DNA of 64,000 nt from an uncultured Gemmatimonadaceae bacterium (GCA_963822945.1 CAWGJO010000021.1:128001-192000), one strand, 5' to 3'. Shown: positions 1 to 15,076, counted from the first letter of the stretch. Made by a program: numbers and translations. The notes: a model not told the origin generated them from the letters alone.

Positions 1-1881
1 GGCATTGCCCACCCAACCCACGATCTCCCGGTGAATCGGGAGGCGCTTCAACGCATGTGCGACACCATCGCCCACCGCGGTCCGGACGGCGCCGGCATGC
101 ACATCGAGCATGGTGTCGGGCTCGGCCATCGTCGACTCAGCATCATCGACGTCGCAGGTGGCGCCCAGCCACTCGCGAACGAGGACGGGACGGTGTGGGT
201 TTCCTTCAACGGCGAAATCTATAACCATCGCGAACTCGCCGGCCGGCTGTCGGCCCGGGGGCACACGTTTCGAACCCACAGTGACACGGAGGTACTGGTC
301 CACGCTTACGAGGAGTGGGGGGACGACCTCGTTCGCGAACTGAATGGCATGTTCGCCTTCGCGCTGCACGACATGAAGCGGCACCGCGTCTTGCTGGCGC
401 GCGATCACCTGGGCATCAAGCCACTGTTCTACCGGCTCGACGGGGGAACGTTGCGGTTTGCCTCGGAGATCAAGGCGTTGTTTGCCGGCACCCCATGGCG
501 CCCTCGGCCTCGCCCGGAAAGCGTTCAGGAGTATCTCGTCTTCCGGTATGTCGCCGGCGGCAACGCCTTTCATGACGACGTGCACCGGCTCCCAGCCGGA
601 CATGTGGCCGTATGGGAGCGAGGACGGCTCGCCGTCGACCGGTTCTGGAGCCCTCCGGCCGACGAAGTGCCGGGCCGGGACTTGGAACGTGCGGCCGACG
701 CGCTGGCCGACCTCCTCCAGCAATCGGTGCAGTCGCAGCTCATGAGCGAGGTGCCCCTCGGGGCGTTTTGCAGTGGCGGCGTCGACTCCGGTCTGGTGAG
801 CGCCTACGCGGCCGACGCCAGTTCGCATCAACTGGCGACGTTCGCCGTCGGATTCCACGATCCGGCGTGGGACGAGCGTGCCCTTGCCGAGGATACCGCG
901 CGTCGCATCGGCGCCGCGCACCACACGGTCATCGCCGAGCCCGAGGAATTCGGGGGACTCCTGCCCCGCCTCGTGTGGTACCATGACGAGCCACTGAGTC
1001 ATCCGAACACGATTCCGCTCTACCAACTCAGTCGGTTCGCCCGCCAATTCGTCACCGTGGTGCTCACAGGTGAGGGCTCAGACGAATTGTTCTGCGGCTA
1101 TCCACGGTATCACATCGCGCGGTGGCGGGCCGCGGCGGACGGGCTGCCCCGCGCGATCCGACGACCGCTCGCCGGTATCCTCGCTCGCGGCCCGGGTCAC
1201 CGGACAACCAAGCTCGGGGACAGTTTCGGGCGTGATCTGGAAGACGCCATGCTCTTCAATTCAGCCTACGTTGCGCCGGAACTCGTCGCGCGGCTAACCG
1301 GAAACCCGGTTGACGCAGCTCTCTCGGAGCGCCGGGCCCTGCTGGCCAACGCACGGTCCCACAACGGAGCCGTTGCAACCCTGTCCAGATACGAGTTGCT
1401 GACGTATCTGGGGTGCGCGCTCGACCGCATGGATCGGATGTCCATGGCCGTCAGTCTCGAGGGACGGGTTCCGTTTCTCGACATTCCGCTCGTCGAGTGG
1501 GCGGTGCAGCTTGCCGGGCACCTCAAGCTCTCGGGCACCGAGAACAAGCGGGTCGTGAAGGCCCTGGCGCATCGACGTCTCAATCCCGCCATTGCTCGGG
1601 GTGCCAAGTCGGGATTTGGCGTACCGCTGGACACGTGGTTTCGTTCGCCAGTGCTCGCGCCGTTGCTGGACCGACTTCGTGACCCGGGGCATCCGGCCGC
1701 CGGCCTGTTCGTCCAGCGCGAAGTACGTCGCCTCACGGACGAACACGCCGCGGGCGCGGCGGACCACGGCGAAGCGCTCTGGCTGCTCTCCAACGTCTAC
1801 GTCTGGTCTGAGGTCAATCTCGGCGGAGTCATGAGCGAGCCCCCCGAGCCCGTAGGTACCGGCGCGGTCGCGACGCCGTGA
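1..1881 (+). CDS. asnB: Asparagine synthase (glutamine-hydrolysing) family amidotransferase, EPS-associated; 5'-partial
   Basis: Frame 1 starts G-I-A (the MCGIA N-terminus is cut by the window edge); motifs HRGPD, GHRRLSIID, FNGEIYN, RDHLGIKPL, SGGVDS, TGEGSDELF, LEGRVPFLD. Confidence 0.93.
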   Translation, partial: GIAHPTHDLPVNREALQRMCDTIAHRGPDGAGMHIEHGVGLGHRRLSIIDVAGGAQPLANEDGTVWVSFNGEIYNHRELAGRLSARGHTFRTHSDTEVLVHAYEEWGDDLVRELNGMFAFALHDMKRHRVLLARDHLGIKPLFYRLDGGTLRFASEIKALFAGTPWRPRPRPESVQEYLVFRYVAGGNAFHDDVHRLPAGHVAVWERGRLAVDRFWSPPADEVPGRDLERAADALADLLQQSVQSQLMSEVPLGAFCSGGVDSGLVSAYAADASSHQLATFAVGFHDPAWDERALAEDTARRIGAAHHTVIAEPEEFGGLLPRLVWYHDEPLSHPNTIPLYQLSRFARQFVTVVLTGEGSDELFCGYPRYHIARWRAAADGLPRAIRRPLAGILARGPGHRTTKLGDSFGRDLEDAMLFNSAYVAPELVARLTGNPVDAALSERRALLANARSHNGAVATLSRYELLTYLGCALDRMDRMSMAVSLEGRVPFLDIPLVEWAVQLAGHLKLSGTENKRVVKALAHRRLNPAIARGAKSGFGVPLDTWFRSPVLAPLLDRLRDPGHPAAGLFVQREVRRLTDEHAAGAADHGEALWLLSNVYVWSEVNLGGVMSEPPEPVGTGAVATP

Positions 1882-2798
1882 ACTTCCCAGTTCGAAACGC
1901 GGCGAAGCGAGTCGCCGAGTTCACCCTGCGCGCGAGCGTCGCGCCCATCGTGCGCCGTACGTTGCGATCGCACGCGCTCGTTCTCGCCTACCATGACGTG
2001 GTCCCCGATGAGTGGTCTGGTGGGGGAGATCGATCGCTCCATCTACCAATCGGCGACTTCCGGCAACAACTCGATTTCCTCGAGGCTACGCACGAAATCG
2101 TCCCTCTGCGGCAGTTGCTGCGCCCCGCCACGAAGGCTCAGCGGCGGCCGCGTGCCGCCGTGACGTTCGACGACGCATATCGCGGCGCGGTGACACTGGG
2201 CCTGGCGGAACTCGCGCGCCGGAAGCTTCCCGCTACCGTATTCGTCACCCCAGGATTTCTCGAGGGCGGCACCTTCTGGTGGGACGAATTGGCCTCCCCC
2301 ACCGGCGGACTGGACCCCGGCCTACGTGCGACCGCGCTCGACGAACTGCGGGGCGACGACGAGGCAATCCGCGCCCGGGCAGCGGAGCGCCGCTCCCCGG
2401 TGTGGGCGGCGGCGCCCGAAGCCCGAGGGGCGGGGATCGCAGACCTCGAGGCGGCGATGCGCCCCGGCAACGTGGTACTCGGCGCTCACAGTTGGAGCCA
2501 CCCGAATCTCGCGCGCATTGACGCCCAGCACCTGACGCGTGAAATGACGGAGCCGCTCGCCTGGCTCCGCGAGCACTTCCAGAAGTTCACCGTGCCTCTC
2601 GTCGCCTACCCGTACGGCAGGTTCGACCCCCGAGTGATCATGGCGGCCGCCGCGGCCGGCTATGAGGCGGGATTCGCGATTGACGGCGGGTGGGCACCCG
2701 CCGTGATCGCAAATCCGTTCGCCGTACCGCGCGTCAACATCCCTGCGGGAATCTCGATCGACGGCTTCGCCCTCCGGGCGTCCGGCCTCCTCGTGTGA
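1878..2798 (+). CDS. NodB/CE4 polysaccharide deacetylase
   Basis: LAYH, VTFDDAY, GAHSWSH, AYPYG motifs; GTGA overlap with the asnB stop. Confidence 0.9.
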   Translation: MNFPVRNAAKRVAEFTLRASVAPIVRRTLRSHALVLAYHDVVPDEWSGGGDRSLHLPIGDFRQQLDFLEATHEIVPLRQLLRPATKAQRRPRAAVTFDDAYRGAVTLGLAELARRKLPATVFVTPGFLEGGTFWWDELASPTGGLDPGLRATALDELRGDDEAIRARAAERRSPVWAAAPEARGAGIADLEAAMRPGNVVLGAHSWSHPNLARIDAQHLTREMTEPLAWLREHFQKFTVPLVAYPYGRFDPRVIMAAAAAGYEAGFAIDGGWAPAVIANPFAVPRVNIPAGISIDGFALRASGLLV

Positions 2799-2808
2799 CG
2801 AAGAGCGG

Positions 2809-3909
2809 CTACGGTTCCCGCGATTCGTTCGACGTCCCGATCAGACCTGACAACTTGTTTCGTAACGTCCGGACGACCAACTGGCCGAGAATCCTCGGCG
2901 GGAATCGCCAGGGGCGCGTCATCGTGTACCAGTACGCCGCGAGTCGCTGTCGGCGCCATGTGTCGCGGATGGCGCTGGCATAGTCAGCGGGATCGAGGGC
3001 CGTCAATTCGTGCGAGGGCACGGCCACTGACCGGCCACCGACGAGCCGGGGCCGGTAGTCGGGCTGAAGCAACGTGGCTTGCACGATGGCGTCGCGCACG
3101 ACGGATCCGTCGAGTGTCACGCGCAGAATCGCGCCCGTCCGGAACGGCGCATACCATACCATATCGCCGACCAGATTCCCAAGACTGTAGGCGATGATTG
3201 CACCGCGATACGTCTCGACCGGACGAACGACGTGCGGATGGTGTCCCAACACCACGGAAGCACCGGCGTCGACGAGCGAGTGGCCGATTGCCATCTCGTC
3301 GGTCGACGGAAGGGGCACGAATTCCTCGCCCCAGTGCATCGAGACGATCACGGCGTCCGTCTCGGAGCGGAGCCGCGCCACATCGGCACGTATCGCTTCC
3401 GCGTTCCCTTCGGCATGGGCGGGCACCTCCGGCGAGTACTGGCGCGGCCGCAGACAGTAGCCGAGGATGCCGATCCGTCTCCCGGCCGCCGAGATCGTGA
3501 CCGGAGTGCTCGCCCACGGCGCCGTCCCTCGGAGCCCGCAAACGGCGATCCCGGCGCGTCGTACGGCGTCCACCGTATCACGGAACGCCTCGGGCCCATG
3601 CTGCATCGCGTGGTTGTTGGCCACGTTGAGCACGGTAAACCCCGCCGCCCGGAGCGCCGCGGCGAATCCCGGATCACCACGCAGCTGCCGAGAGGCCAGA
3701 GAATCGGCGCGGCGCCCGCGCACTGAAAGAGGCGTCTCGAGATTCCCGAAGACGAGATCGGCGTCACGGAGAGTGGGAATCACCGCGCCGAGCACACGAG
3801 GGAGTGTCTCCGGGCCATAGCGACTGGCAAAGCCGAACCCCACACAGGTGGGGGAGTCCCCAAGTTGGAGGTCGCCGACCGCGGCGATGCGGAACGAAGT
3901 TTGGTCCAC
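2809..3909 (-). CDS. capA: CapA/PgsA (PGA_cap) family metallophosphoesterase
   Basis: GDLQLG, GNLETPL, ANNHAMQHG, SMHWGEE, GHHPHV, YSLGN motifs. Confidence 0.88.
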   Translation of the reverse strand: MDQTSFRIAAVGDLQLGDSPTCVGFGFASRYGPETLPRVLGAVIPTLRDADLVFGNLETPLSVRGRRADSLASRQLRGDPGFAAALRAAGFTVLNVANNHAMQHGPEAFRDTVDAVRRAGIAVCGLRGTAPWASTPVTISAAGRRIGILGYCLRPRQYSPEVPAHAEGNAEAIRADVARLRSETDAVIVSMHWGEEFVPLPSTDEMAIGHSLVDAGASVVLGHHPHVVRPVETYRGAIIAYSLGNLVGDMVWYAPFRTGAILRVTLDGSVVRDAIVQATLLQPDYRPRLVGGRSVAVPSHELTALDPADYASAIRDTWRRQRLAAYWYTMTRPWRFPPRILGQLVVRTLRNKLSGLIGTSNESREP

Positions 3910-4169
3910 TTGGAACTCCCTGACTCGGGGTCGGGCCGAAACATCTAACCATGATTGGACGAATTCTCAAGGCGGTCGTCGATTGTGGACCCGCCAATCC
4001 ACTATTTTCATCCGGCAGCGTGTGGAGCGCGGCGTTCGGTTCCCGTAGCGACGTACCTGGCCCCAATAGTCGACGGAATGGTTCTTGACATGATGGAGTT
4101 GATGCCGCGAAACCACCCCCGCCCCTACGGTAACGACATCCGCGGCGGCACCAGCCCGGGCCGCCGCCG

Positions 4170-5381
4170 GTGGACTTGGGCGTCATGATTTCGCCACCGG
4201 CTACCGTATTGGTCACCGACGGCGAACATCGCGCCGCGCTGGCCGTGGTGCGATCGCTCGGTCGTGCGGGGCACCGAGTCATCGTGGCCTCGTCCCGGCG
4301 GCATTCGCTCGCTGGAGCTTCGCGGTATGCCGCGCGGGCGGAGGTCGTCCCCGATCCGTTGGCCGATCCCGACGGCTTCGCCCGAGCGGTCGTCGAGGCG
4401 TCGCGGCGCTACACCGCCGACGTGGTGCTGCCGGTGACGGACCCCGCGCTGCTGGCACTGTTGCCCGTGCGAGGGGAGCTTTCGGGAACGATCCCCTTCG
4501 CCTCGGCGGACATCGTGCGCCGGGCGGCCGATAAGCCGGTGGTGCTGCGGCTGGCCGAAACGCTCGGAATCCACGTCCCACGCCAACTCACGCTTTCCCG
4601 CGCCGAAGACGCCGGCGAAGCCGCGTTGGCTCGCGTTACTTGGCCCCTCGTGGTGAAACCCGGGCGTTCCGTGAACGATGGAACCGACGGACCGATCAAG
4701 CTCGGCGTCAGTTGGGCCCGAGACCTCGACGAGTTGCGTGCGATCTTGAATGCGCTGCCGGCCGCCGCGTTTCCGGTGCTCCTCCAGGAGCGCATCGTAG
4801 GCCCCGGGACCGGCGTGTTTCTACTGCGTTGGGATGGACGCAACCTTGCCAGGTTCGCCCACGAACGGATTCGCGAGAAGCCGCCGTCTGGCGGCGTAAG
4901 CGTGTGCTGTATCAGCGTCACTCCTGACCCCCCCTTGGTAGCCGCAGCAGAGGAGTTGCTCGCCGTGCTCGACTGGCAAGGCCCGGCGATGGTCGAGTTC
5001 AAGCGCGATGCGAAGACGGGCGTGGCGTACCTGATGGAGGTGAACGGCCGGTTCTGGGGATCGCTGCAGCTCGCCGTGGACGCGGGCGTTGACTTCCCGC
5101 GAATTCTCGTGGAGGCCGCGCTGGGCCGTGCTGCGACCGAGGAGCCGACCGTGCGCCCCGGGGTCCGATTGCGCTGGTGGTGGGGCGAAGTGGATCACCT
5201 GATCGCCTGTTTGCGCTGCGGAGCGGACGCAAGGGCGTCGGCCGGGAGCCGGTTCGCGGTGTTCAGGAACTTCCTTGCGCCGGGGCGAGGGTCCCGGAAC
5301 GAAGTCTTTCGCTGGCACGACCCGGCGCCGGCATTCTGGGAAACGGTGGATTGGTTTGCGGCGATTCGGCCGCGCCGATGA
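4170..5381 (+). CDS. ATP-grasp carboxylate-amine ligase (start may be ATG 4185)
   Basis: VLVTDGEHRAALAVVRSLGRAG N-terminus; VVKP, LLQERI, MVEFK...LMEVNGRFWGS ATP-grasp motifs. Confidence 0.85.
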   Translation: MDLGVMISPPATVLVTDGEHRAALAVVRSLGRAGHRVIVASSRRHSLAGASRYAARAEVVPDPLADPDGFARAVVEASRRYTADVVLPVTDPALLALLPVRGELSGTIPFASADIVRRAADKPVVLRLAETLGIHVPRQLTLSRAEDAGEAALARVTWPLVVKPGRSVNDGTDGPIKLGVSWARDLDELRAILNALPAAAFPVLLQERIVGPGTGVFLLRWDGRNLARFAHERIREKPPSGGVSVCCISVTPDPPLVAAAEELLAVLDWQGPAMVEFKRDAKTGVAYLMEVNGRFWGSLQLAVDAGVDFPRILVEAALGRAATEEPTVRPGVRLRWWWGEVDHLIACLRCGADARASAGSRFAVFRNFLAPGRGSRNEVFRWHDPAPAFWETVDWFAAIRPRR

Positions 5382-5510
5382 GTGGACGGATCCCGACCTG
5401 CCGAGTCGGACCCGAAGTCGGGCCTATCCGCGGACGGCGGCCGGCGAATCGAATCCAACAGTGGTTCGTCCGTCGGATATCCGACGCGGTCGTGTCCCTC
5501 TTGAGGTGTA

Positions 5511-7013
5511 ATGTCAGACTCCACGCCTAATTTGCCCCCCACGAGCACCGAGTCGCGCAGCAAGTCCGAGTCACTCGATCGGTCGCTCCTTCACGGGCTG
5601 GCCTGGACGAGCGGTGCAAAGTGGGGCAGCCAATTGCTCTCGTGGGCCTCCACGGTCATCGTGGCACGCCTCCTCACGCCCGAAGACTACGGATTGGTCG
5701 GCATGGCCTCGATCTACCTCGGCCTGGTGACCATGCTCAGTGAGTTCGGACTCGGTACTACGGTCCTGGCCTTGCGCGACCTGAGCGAGGAGCAGCTGGC
5801 CCAGCTGAACGGCTTCGCTCTTCTCTTTGGACTCGGCAGCTTTGCCCTGTCATGCCTCGCCGCCTGGCCGTTGGGAACATTCTTTCGATCGCCCGAGCTA
5901 CCCGCCGTTGTGATCGTCATGAGCGTGACCTTCATCATCACGTCGTTCCGGATCGTCCCCGGTGCCCTGCTCCGTCGAGAACTGCGATTTCGCGAATTGG
6001 CGGTGATCGACACCGTAAGCGCGATGACCCTCGCGGTCGCGTTGATCGCATTTGCCTACTTCGGGTTCAGGTACTGGACCCTCGTCATCGGCGGCGTGCT
6101 CAGCACGACGCTCTCAACCGTCCAGATCCTCCGGCTTCGGCGGCTCCGCGTGGCCCGACCGCGCGCCAGCACGTTGCAGCATGCGATGCGATTCAGCGGC
6201 CACATCCTCACGTCCCGTCTCTCGTGGTATGCGTACTCGAACGCAGACTTCGTCATCGCCGGCCGCCTGTTGGGCAAAGCGGCGCTTGGCGTCTACGATT
6301 TTGCCTGGACCCTGGCCAACGTACCAATCGAGAAGATCACGGTGCTCATCGGGCAGGTCGCGTTTCCGATCTTCGCGGCCGTACAGCATGAGCCGGCGGA
6401 ACTGCGCCGTTATCTGCTGCGATTGACCGAGGGGCTGGCCCTGCTGACCATGCCGGCGTCGGTCGGGATGGCGCTGGTGGCGCCGGATTTCGTCTCGGTG
6501 TTTCTCGGACCGAGGTGGAGTGGCGCCGTCCGTCCTCTAGAACTACTGGCGATCTTCGTCGGCTTCCGGTCGGTGATCCCGCTGTTTGCCCAGATCCTGA
6601 ACGTGATCCGCGACTCGCGATTCGCGATGTATACCTCCCTGCTCTCTGCTGTGGTAATGCCGGTTTCGTTCTACTTCATGGGCCGGCGATGGGGCACGCC
6701 GGGACTCGCCCTCGCATGGATGACCGTCTATCCCGTGCTGGCGTTCTTCCAATACTGGCGGGTTTCTCGACGTATTGCGCTGAGCACCAGTGATTACCTC
6801 CGGGCCTTGTGGCCCGCGGTGAGCAGCACCACCGTGATGTCCATGGCGGTCTGGGGAACGAAGACGGTGATCGGCGCGCATGTGCCCGGCCCGGTTGTGC
6901 TCGGAGTCCAGGTGGGGATCGGCGCCGTGGTGTACTCAGTTATGTGCCTCACGGTGCACCGCCGCCGCCTCGTCGCATTTGTCGAGGTCGTGCGACGCCA
7001 ACGTCGGACGTAG
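5511..7013 (+). CDS. wzx: Wzx/PST-family polysaccharide flippase
   Basis: ARLLTPEDYGLVG motif, many hydrophobic segments, D-F-V-I-A-G-R-L-L-G...LGVY. Confidence 0.88.
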   Translation: MSDSTPNLPPTSTESRSKSESLDRSLLHGLAWTSGAKWGSQLLSWASTVIVARLLTPEDYGLVGMASIYLGLVTMLSEFGLGTTVLALRDLSEEQLAQLNGFALLFGLGSFALSCLAAWPLGTFFRSPELPAVVIVMSVTFIITSFRIVPGALLRRELRFRELAVIDTVSAMTLAVALIAFAYFGFRYWTLVIGGVLSTTLSTVQILRLRRLRVARPRASTLQHAMRFSGHILTSRLSWYAYSNADFVIAGRLLGKAALGVYDFAWTLANVPIEKITVLIGQVAFPIFAAVQHEPAELRRYLLRLTEGLALLTMPASVGMALVAPDFVSVFLGPRWSGAVRPLELLAIFVGFRSVIPLFAQILNVIRDSRFAMYTSLLSAVVMPVSFYFMGRRWGTPGLALAWMTVYPVLAFFQYWRVSRRIALSTSDYLRALWPAVSSTTVMSMAVWGTKTVIGAHVPGPVVLGVQVGIGAVVYSVMCLTVHRRRLVAFVEVVRRQRRT

Positions 7014-7311
7014 CCCCAACGCAATTGTTGTGTTGAGGAAGTGTGGCGTCTTAGCGCAGCCGGCCCGTATGGCGCGGGCTGCACTCTGGTGTGGTGGCGC
7101 CACAACGGTCAGTGGCGATCCGATCGGGGCGACTGTCTCGCGACTCGCGTATCGCCCATAGCGACCTACACGAGAGAACGCATGTGTTGGGTCGATTGAC
7201 ACTCTCTGCGAGCGACCCGCATATTGAGAAACACTGTTTCCCTTGATGGTGTCGCCCGGCCGTTGGCGCACCGGGCTTCAGGCCCCCCTCTAGCCGGTTG
7301 GTACTTGTCGT

Positions 7312-11246
<3,935 letters not shown>

Positions 11247-11504
11247 CCGGGGCACCAAGCGTGGGACGGAACGGGAGTGCGCGGCCGGGGCACCGACATG
11301 GACGGTTATATTTCCGCGTCGGCTTCCCGCGCTATCTCTCGCCGTGGGGATCGGGCCGGGAGGGGCCTGACGCTCCTCCCGAGCGAACTGAGTTGCCGTA
11401 CCGGCACCCGTACCTCGCTCGTCGATCGGTGGGCCGGCTAGAGGACATCGGACGCCGCCGGCGAAGCGAGAAACGCGTGCAGAACGACTGGCATCGGACC
11501 TGGA

Positions 11505-12650
11505 GTGATGACGATGAAGAACTCTCGCCGTACAACTTCCGATGTCGTGATTCACGCGCTCAGCAGTGGCGGCCTGTACGGCATCGAACGCATGCTCCTC
11601 AACCTCCTGCCTGAACTGCAGCGGAAAAACTGTCCGGTGCGCCTGCTCTGCCTGGACGGTCCGGATGCCGAAATCGTGGGAGCGGCGGAGAACCTGGGAA
11701 TCCCGACAGCGTCAGTCATGTGCACCGCGCGATTCACACCGCGTGGATGGGCTGATCTCTACCGGACGATCGGCAGTTACGCCCCGCGGATCGTGCACGT
11801 TCACGGCTACAAGGCCACTATCCTGGCCGGGGCTGTGTCGGTCGCGCAGCGGCTGCCCACCGTGGCGACATATCACGGAGTGGCAGCAAAGGCCGGCGAG
11901 CACTCGAAGTCTCTCGCGCGGTATCTCGCCCTCGAGAGCCCAGTACTCCGACGCTTCAGCGGAACGGCGGCTGTATCCGATCAGATTGCCAAAGAATTGA
12001 CGTCTCGACGCGTGCTGTCCGGTCGCATTCGAGTAATCGCAAACGGTATCAGGATTCCCACCCCGACCACGGCCAGCCGCGCCGCGCCCGACATCGCGCA
12101 GGCCTTTTCGCCGTGTGTGCTTTCTCTCAGCCGGCTCGCCCCGGAGAAGAACGTTCACTTGGTGATCGATGCCGTTGCCGCACTCCGCACCGACTTCCCG
12201 AACATCGGCCTCGTGGTGGCGGGTCACGGTGATCTGCGGAACGACTTGCAGGCGCGCGCGGCCTCCCTCGGTATTGAACATGCCGTGCGGTTCGTGGGCT
12301 TCGTCCGGGACGTGCGTCCGCTTTACGAGCAGAGCGATGTGTTCGTCCTGGCGTCACAGACCGAAGGGATGCCAATGGCCCTCCTGGAGACGATGGCCCT
12401 CGGCGTGCCGATCGTGGCCTCCCGGGTCGGCGGAATCCCGCGGATGCTCGACGATGAACGCGAGGCGTTGCTCATCGAGCCCAACAGCCCGCAAAGCCTG
12501 TTCCAGGCTCTCCGCCGGATCGTGGCGGAAGAGCCGCTGCGCACACGCCTCGCGGAAGCCGCCCGGAAGCGGTTCGAGCGCGAGTTTACCGTCGGGCGAA
12601 TGGCCGATGCCTACATCCGGTTCTACGACGATGTCGCGCCCCATGCTTAG
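11505..12650 (+). CDS. GT4 family glycosyltransferase
   Basis: SGGLYGIE, VHVHG, SRLAPEKN, SQTEGMPMALLETMALGVPIVASRVGG (EX7E motif). Confidence 0.92.
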   Translation: MMTMKNSRRTTSDVVIHALSSGGLYGIERMLLNLLPELQRKNCPVRLLCLDGPDAEIVGAAENLGIPTASVMCTARFTPRGWADLYRTIGSYAPRIVHVHGYKATILAGAVSVAQRLPTVATYHGVAAKAGEHSKSLARYLALESPVLRRFSGTAAVSDQIAKELTSRRVLSGRIRVIANGIRIPTPTTASRAAPDIAQAFSPCVLSLSRLAPEKNVHLVIDAVAALRTDFPNIGLVVAGHGDLRNDLQARAASLGIEHAVRFVGFVRDVRPLYEQSDVFVLASQTEGMPMALLETMALGVPIVASRVGGIPRMLDDEREALLIEPNSPQSLFQALRRIVAEEPLRTRLAEAARKRFEREFTVGRMADAYIRFYDDVAPHA

Positions 12651-12763
12651 GTACGATATGTTGACGTTGCGGGCTCCGCATCCGGCAGCGCGTCTCCCGC
12701 GCGGCCGGATTCAGACGTTGTCCGCTGCGAGAGTCGTGGATTGGAAACTGCCGAGGCTTTCTC

Positions 12764-14119
12764 TTGGGTGAGCGATCACGAAGTGATGACGTGAGCGAGT
12801 CGCGCGCCCCCTGGGGCATCGCACGCCTCCTGCTTGCCGCCGCCGTACTCGCGTACGCCTGGCGCATCCAGGATCTCTTCCCCGTTCTGGACGCGTTCAA
12901 ACCGGTGACGCTCGTGACCGGCGCGTTGTTCCTCCTTATGCTCTTGGATCCGCAGCTAGCGAGGAAGATCGCGATCGTCGCGGGAAAGCCACCGGCCATC
13001 CTTGCAGCAATCATCGCCGCCATCGCCGTACTCGGAATCCCGCTCAGCCTGTATCCCGGGTTGAGCTTCAATGTGGCGTTGAAAGTCGTGCTGCCCTCGG
13101 TCATTGTCGCTATCGGCATCGCAGCCACCATCCGCAGCTCGATCGATGCGTATCGGTTCTCAGCCATGCACGTCTTCGGTGCGCTGATATTCTCGTCGGT
13201 CGTCCTCGCCCGGTTCAAGGTGGGACCCGACGGCCGGCTCGGAGACCTCGTGTACTACGATGCCAACGGACTCGGCCTGATCCTCGTGTGCACACTGCCG
13301 CTAGCCAGTTGGTTTGCATTCAATAGCGTTCGGCGCGAGGCAAGACTCGGGGCGATGGCTGCAATCGGCATCATGCTCTTTACGATCATCCGGACTGGTT
13401 CTCGTGGCGCCTTCCTGGGCCTCCTCACCGTAGTTGGCTACGACGTGTTCGCCAACCGGTCGGCCCCGCTCCGCCGGCGACTCGGGCTTGCAGGGATCGC
13501 CGTCGTGCTTTTCGCAGGCGCGGCCGGCACGAAGTATTGGACGATGATGGACAGCATCATGCACCCGACCAAGGACTACAACTGGGCCGGCAACTCCGAG
13601 GGCGGCCGAATGAGTGTCTGGAAGCGTGGGATCGGCTACATGGTCAGCCACCCCGTGGTCGGGGTCGGTGCCGGGAATTTCCCGGTGGCTGAGGGCACGA
13701 TCTCACCCCTGGCGCACATCCAGAATTATGGCTTTGGGCTGAAGTGGTCTGCCGCCCACAATTCCTTCGTGGAAGTTGGTGCCGAGCTTGGAATCCCGGC
13801 CCTGATTGCATTCGTCGCCCTGCTGGTAGGTGGAATCGGACGTGCCCGACGCGTGGTTCGCCTCGGTCGACTCGTGGGGGATGTCCGGGCCGCCGCGATG
13901 GGGGATGCGCTCGCCGCAAGCCTGATTGGGTACTGTGTCAGCGGGTTCTTCCTTTCGCAGGGCTATTCGGCCTTGCCATACAGTGTCATTGGCATTTCAA
14001 TCGGCCTCCACACTGCGCTGGCGAGGCAGCGATTGGCGAGCGGGTTGATCGCGCGTCGGGCCGTTGTCGAATCGCCGCCCCCGACAATTTCAACGGCGGC
14101 CTGGACCTCACAGTCATGA
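12764..14119 (+). CDS. O-antigen ligase/Wzy-like polymerase family membrane protein
   Basis: Multi-TM; DANGLG, TGSRGAFLG, R..VW..G, P..GVGAGNF, AAHNSFVEVGAELG. Confidence 0.87.
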   Translation: MGERSRSDDVSESRAPWGIARLLLAAAVLAYAWRIQDLFPVLDAFKPVTLVTGALFLLMLLDPQLARKIAIVAGKPPAILAAIIAAIAVLGIPLSLYPGLSFNVALKVVLPSVIVAIGIAATIRSSIDAYRFSAMHVFGALIFSSVVLARFKVGPDGRLGDLVYYDANGLGLILVCTLPLASWFAFNSVRREARLGAMAAIGIMLFTIIRTGSRGAFLGLLTVVGYDVFANRSAPLRRRLGLAGIAVVLFAGAAGTKYWTMMDSIMHPTKDYNWAGNSEGGRMSVWKRGIGYMVSHPVVGVGAGNFPVAEGTISPLAHIQNYGFGLKWSAAHNSFVEVGAELGIPALIAFVALLVGGIGRARRVVRLGRLVGDVRAAAMGDALAASLIGYCVSGFFLSQGYSALPYSVIGISIGLHTALARQRLASGLIARRAVVESPPPTISTAAWTSQS

Positions 14120-15030
14120 CTGGTATGCGGGTCGTCCCGAGCCCACGGCGCTGAGCCACCGGTGTCGCGGCCTGGACGACGAGGCCGAAACTTCTGACTC
14201 CAGCCGTCCTGACCAACGCGTCTGTGCCAGCGGAGATGGGGGCCCCCGGCAGGGGCGCGTCACCCGCGCGGTTTCCCCCTCAAGCTCCCCTCCGTGGACG
14301 GCGGCATCGGGCACGCCTCTCTGCCGACATCGCTCCGTCATTTCTGCTGTACTAGACACCGCCATGCGCGAGTTCCGGATAGATCACACCCCGGACGATC
14401 AGAGCACCAATCAGCGCCGCATCCGACACCGGGGCCACGCTCCCTGCCGACGCGCACAATCGTATCCGTGTCGGCGAGCGCCGCGACGCGGGTATTGGTC
14501 CCCGAATGCATTCGGGCCGCCGCCCATGACTCCGCCGCCGGCAAATGCTTGGGGCACTCGGAACACATCTTTAGCGACGACCATCCAGCGTACCCACCAG
14601 GCAATGCAGGGTTCAGACCGGCGCGACATAAAGAAGACACAAGCACGCGGGCAGTCTCCGCCCGCGACATCCGACTCCGGGAACACGAGCCGGAAGTGAG
14701 TAGCCCGCGACCCTAGCACCACCCACCCGAGTTGCGGTGGGAAGCGTGGCTCACGACCAGATGCTGAAGGCGTTCACGCTGGCGCTAGCCCGCCTCGAAA
14801 TGCAGCATTCGAGTAGTGGAAGACCTCGTCGCCGGCCTGGTGCCTGCCGGACAAGTTGTGGCTGGGGCGGGCTCGCACGCGAGCCCCCCGCTTCACATCT
14901 GGGCGGTGCTGCCAACACGGCGACCGCGAGGGAAGTCGCCTGGCGGCGCCACGGCATCAAGGCCACCCGCCGTGTGACTTCCATCGCGGCACGTGCGCGG
15001 CGAACCCGGTTAATTCGTGCCGCTCGGACG

Positions 15031-15047
15031 TGGCACAATGTTTCATT
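15031..15047 (+). promoter_or_regulatory. Possible sigma54 -24/-12 promoter (imperfect)
   Basis: TGGCAC-AATGT-TTCA about 30 nt upstream of ATG 15077; the -12 element deviates from TTGC. Confidence 0.25.
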
Positions 15048-15076
15048 CACGCAGCGCCCACGGCACGGAACTTGTT

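Noticed and set aside
3968..3985. ops/JUMPstart-like GGCGGT upstream of the polysaccharide genes
   Set aside because: Does not match GGCGGTAG; expected by chance at this GC content
14150..14200. Hammerhead-ribozyme-like stem followed by GAAAC
   Set aside because: No CUGANGA core at the right position and stems I/III could not be built
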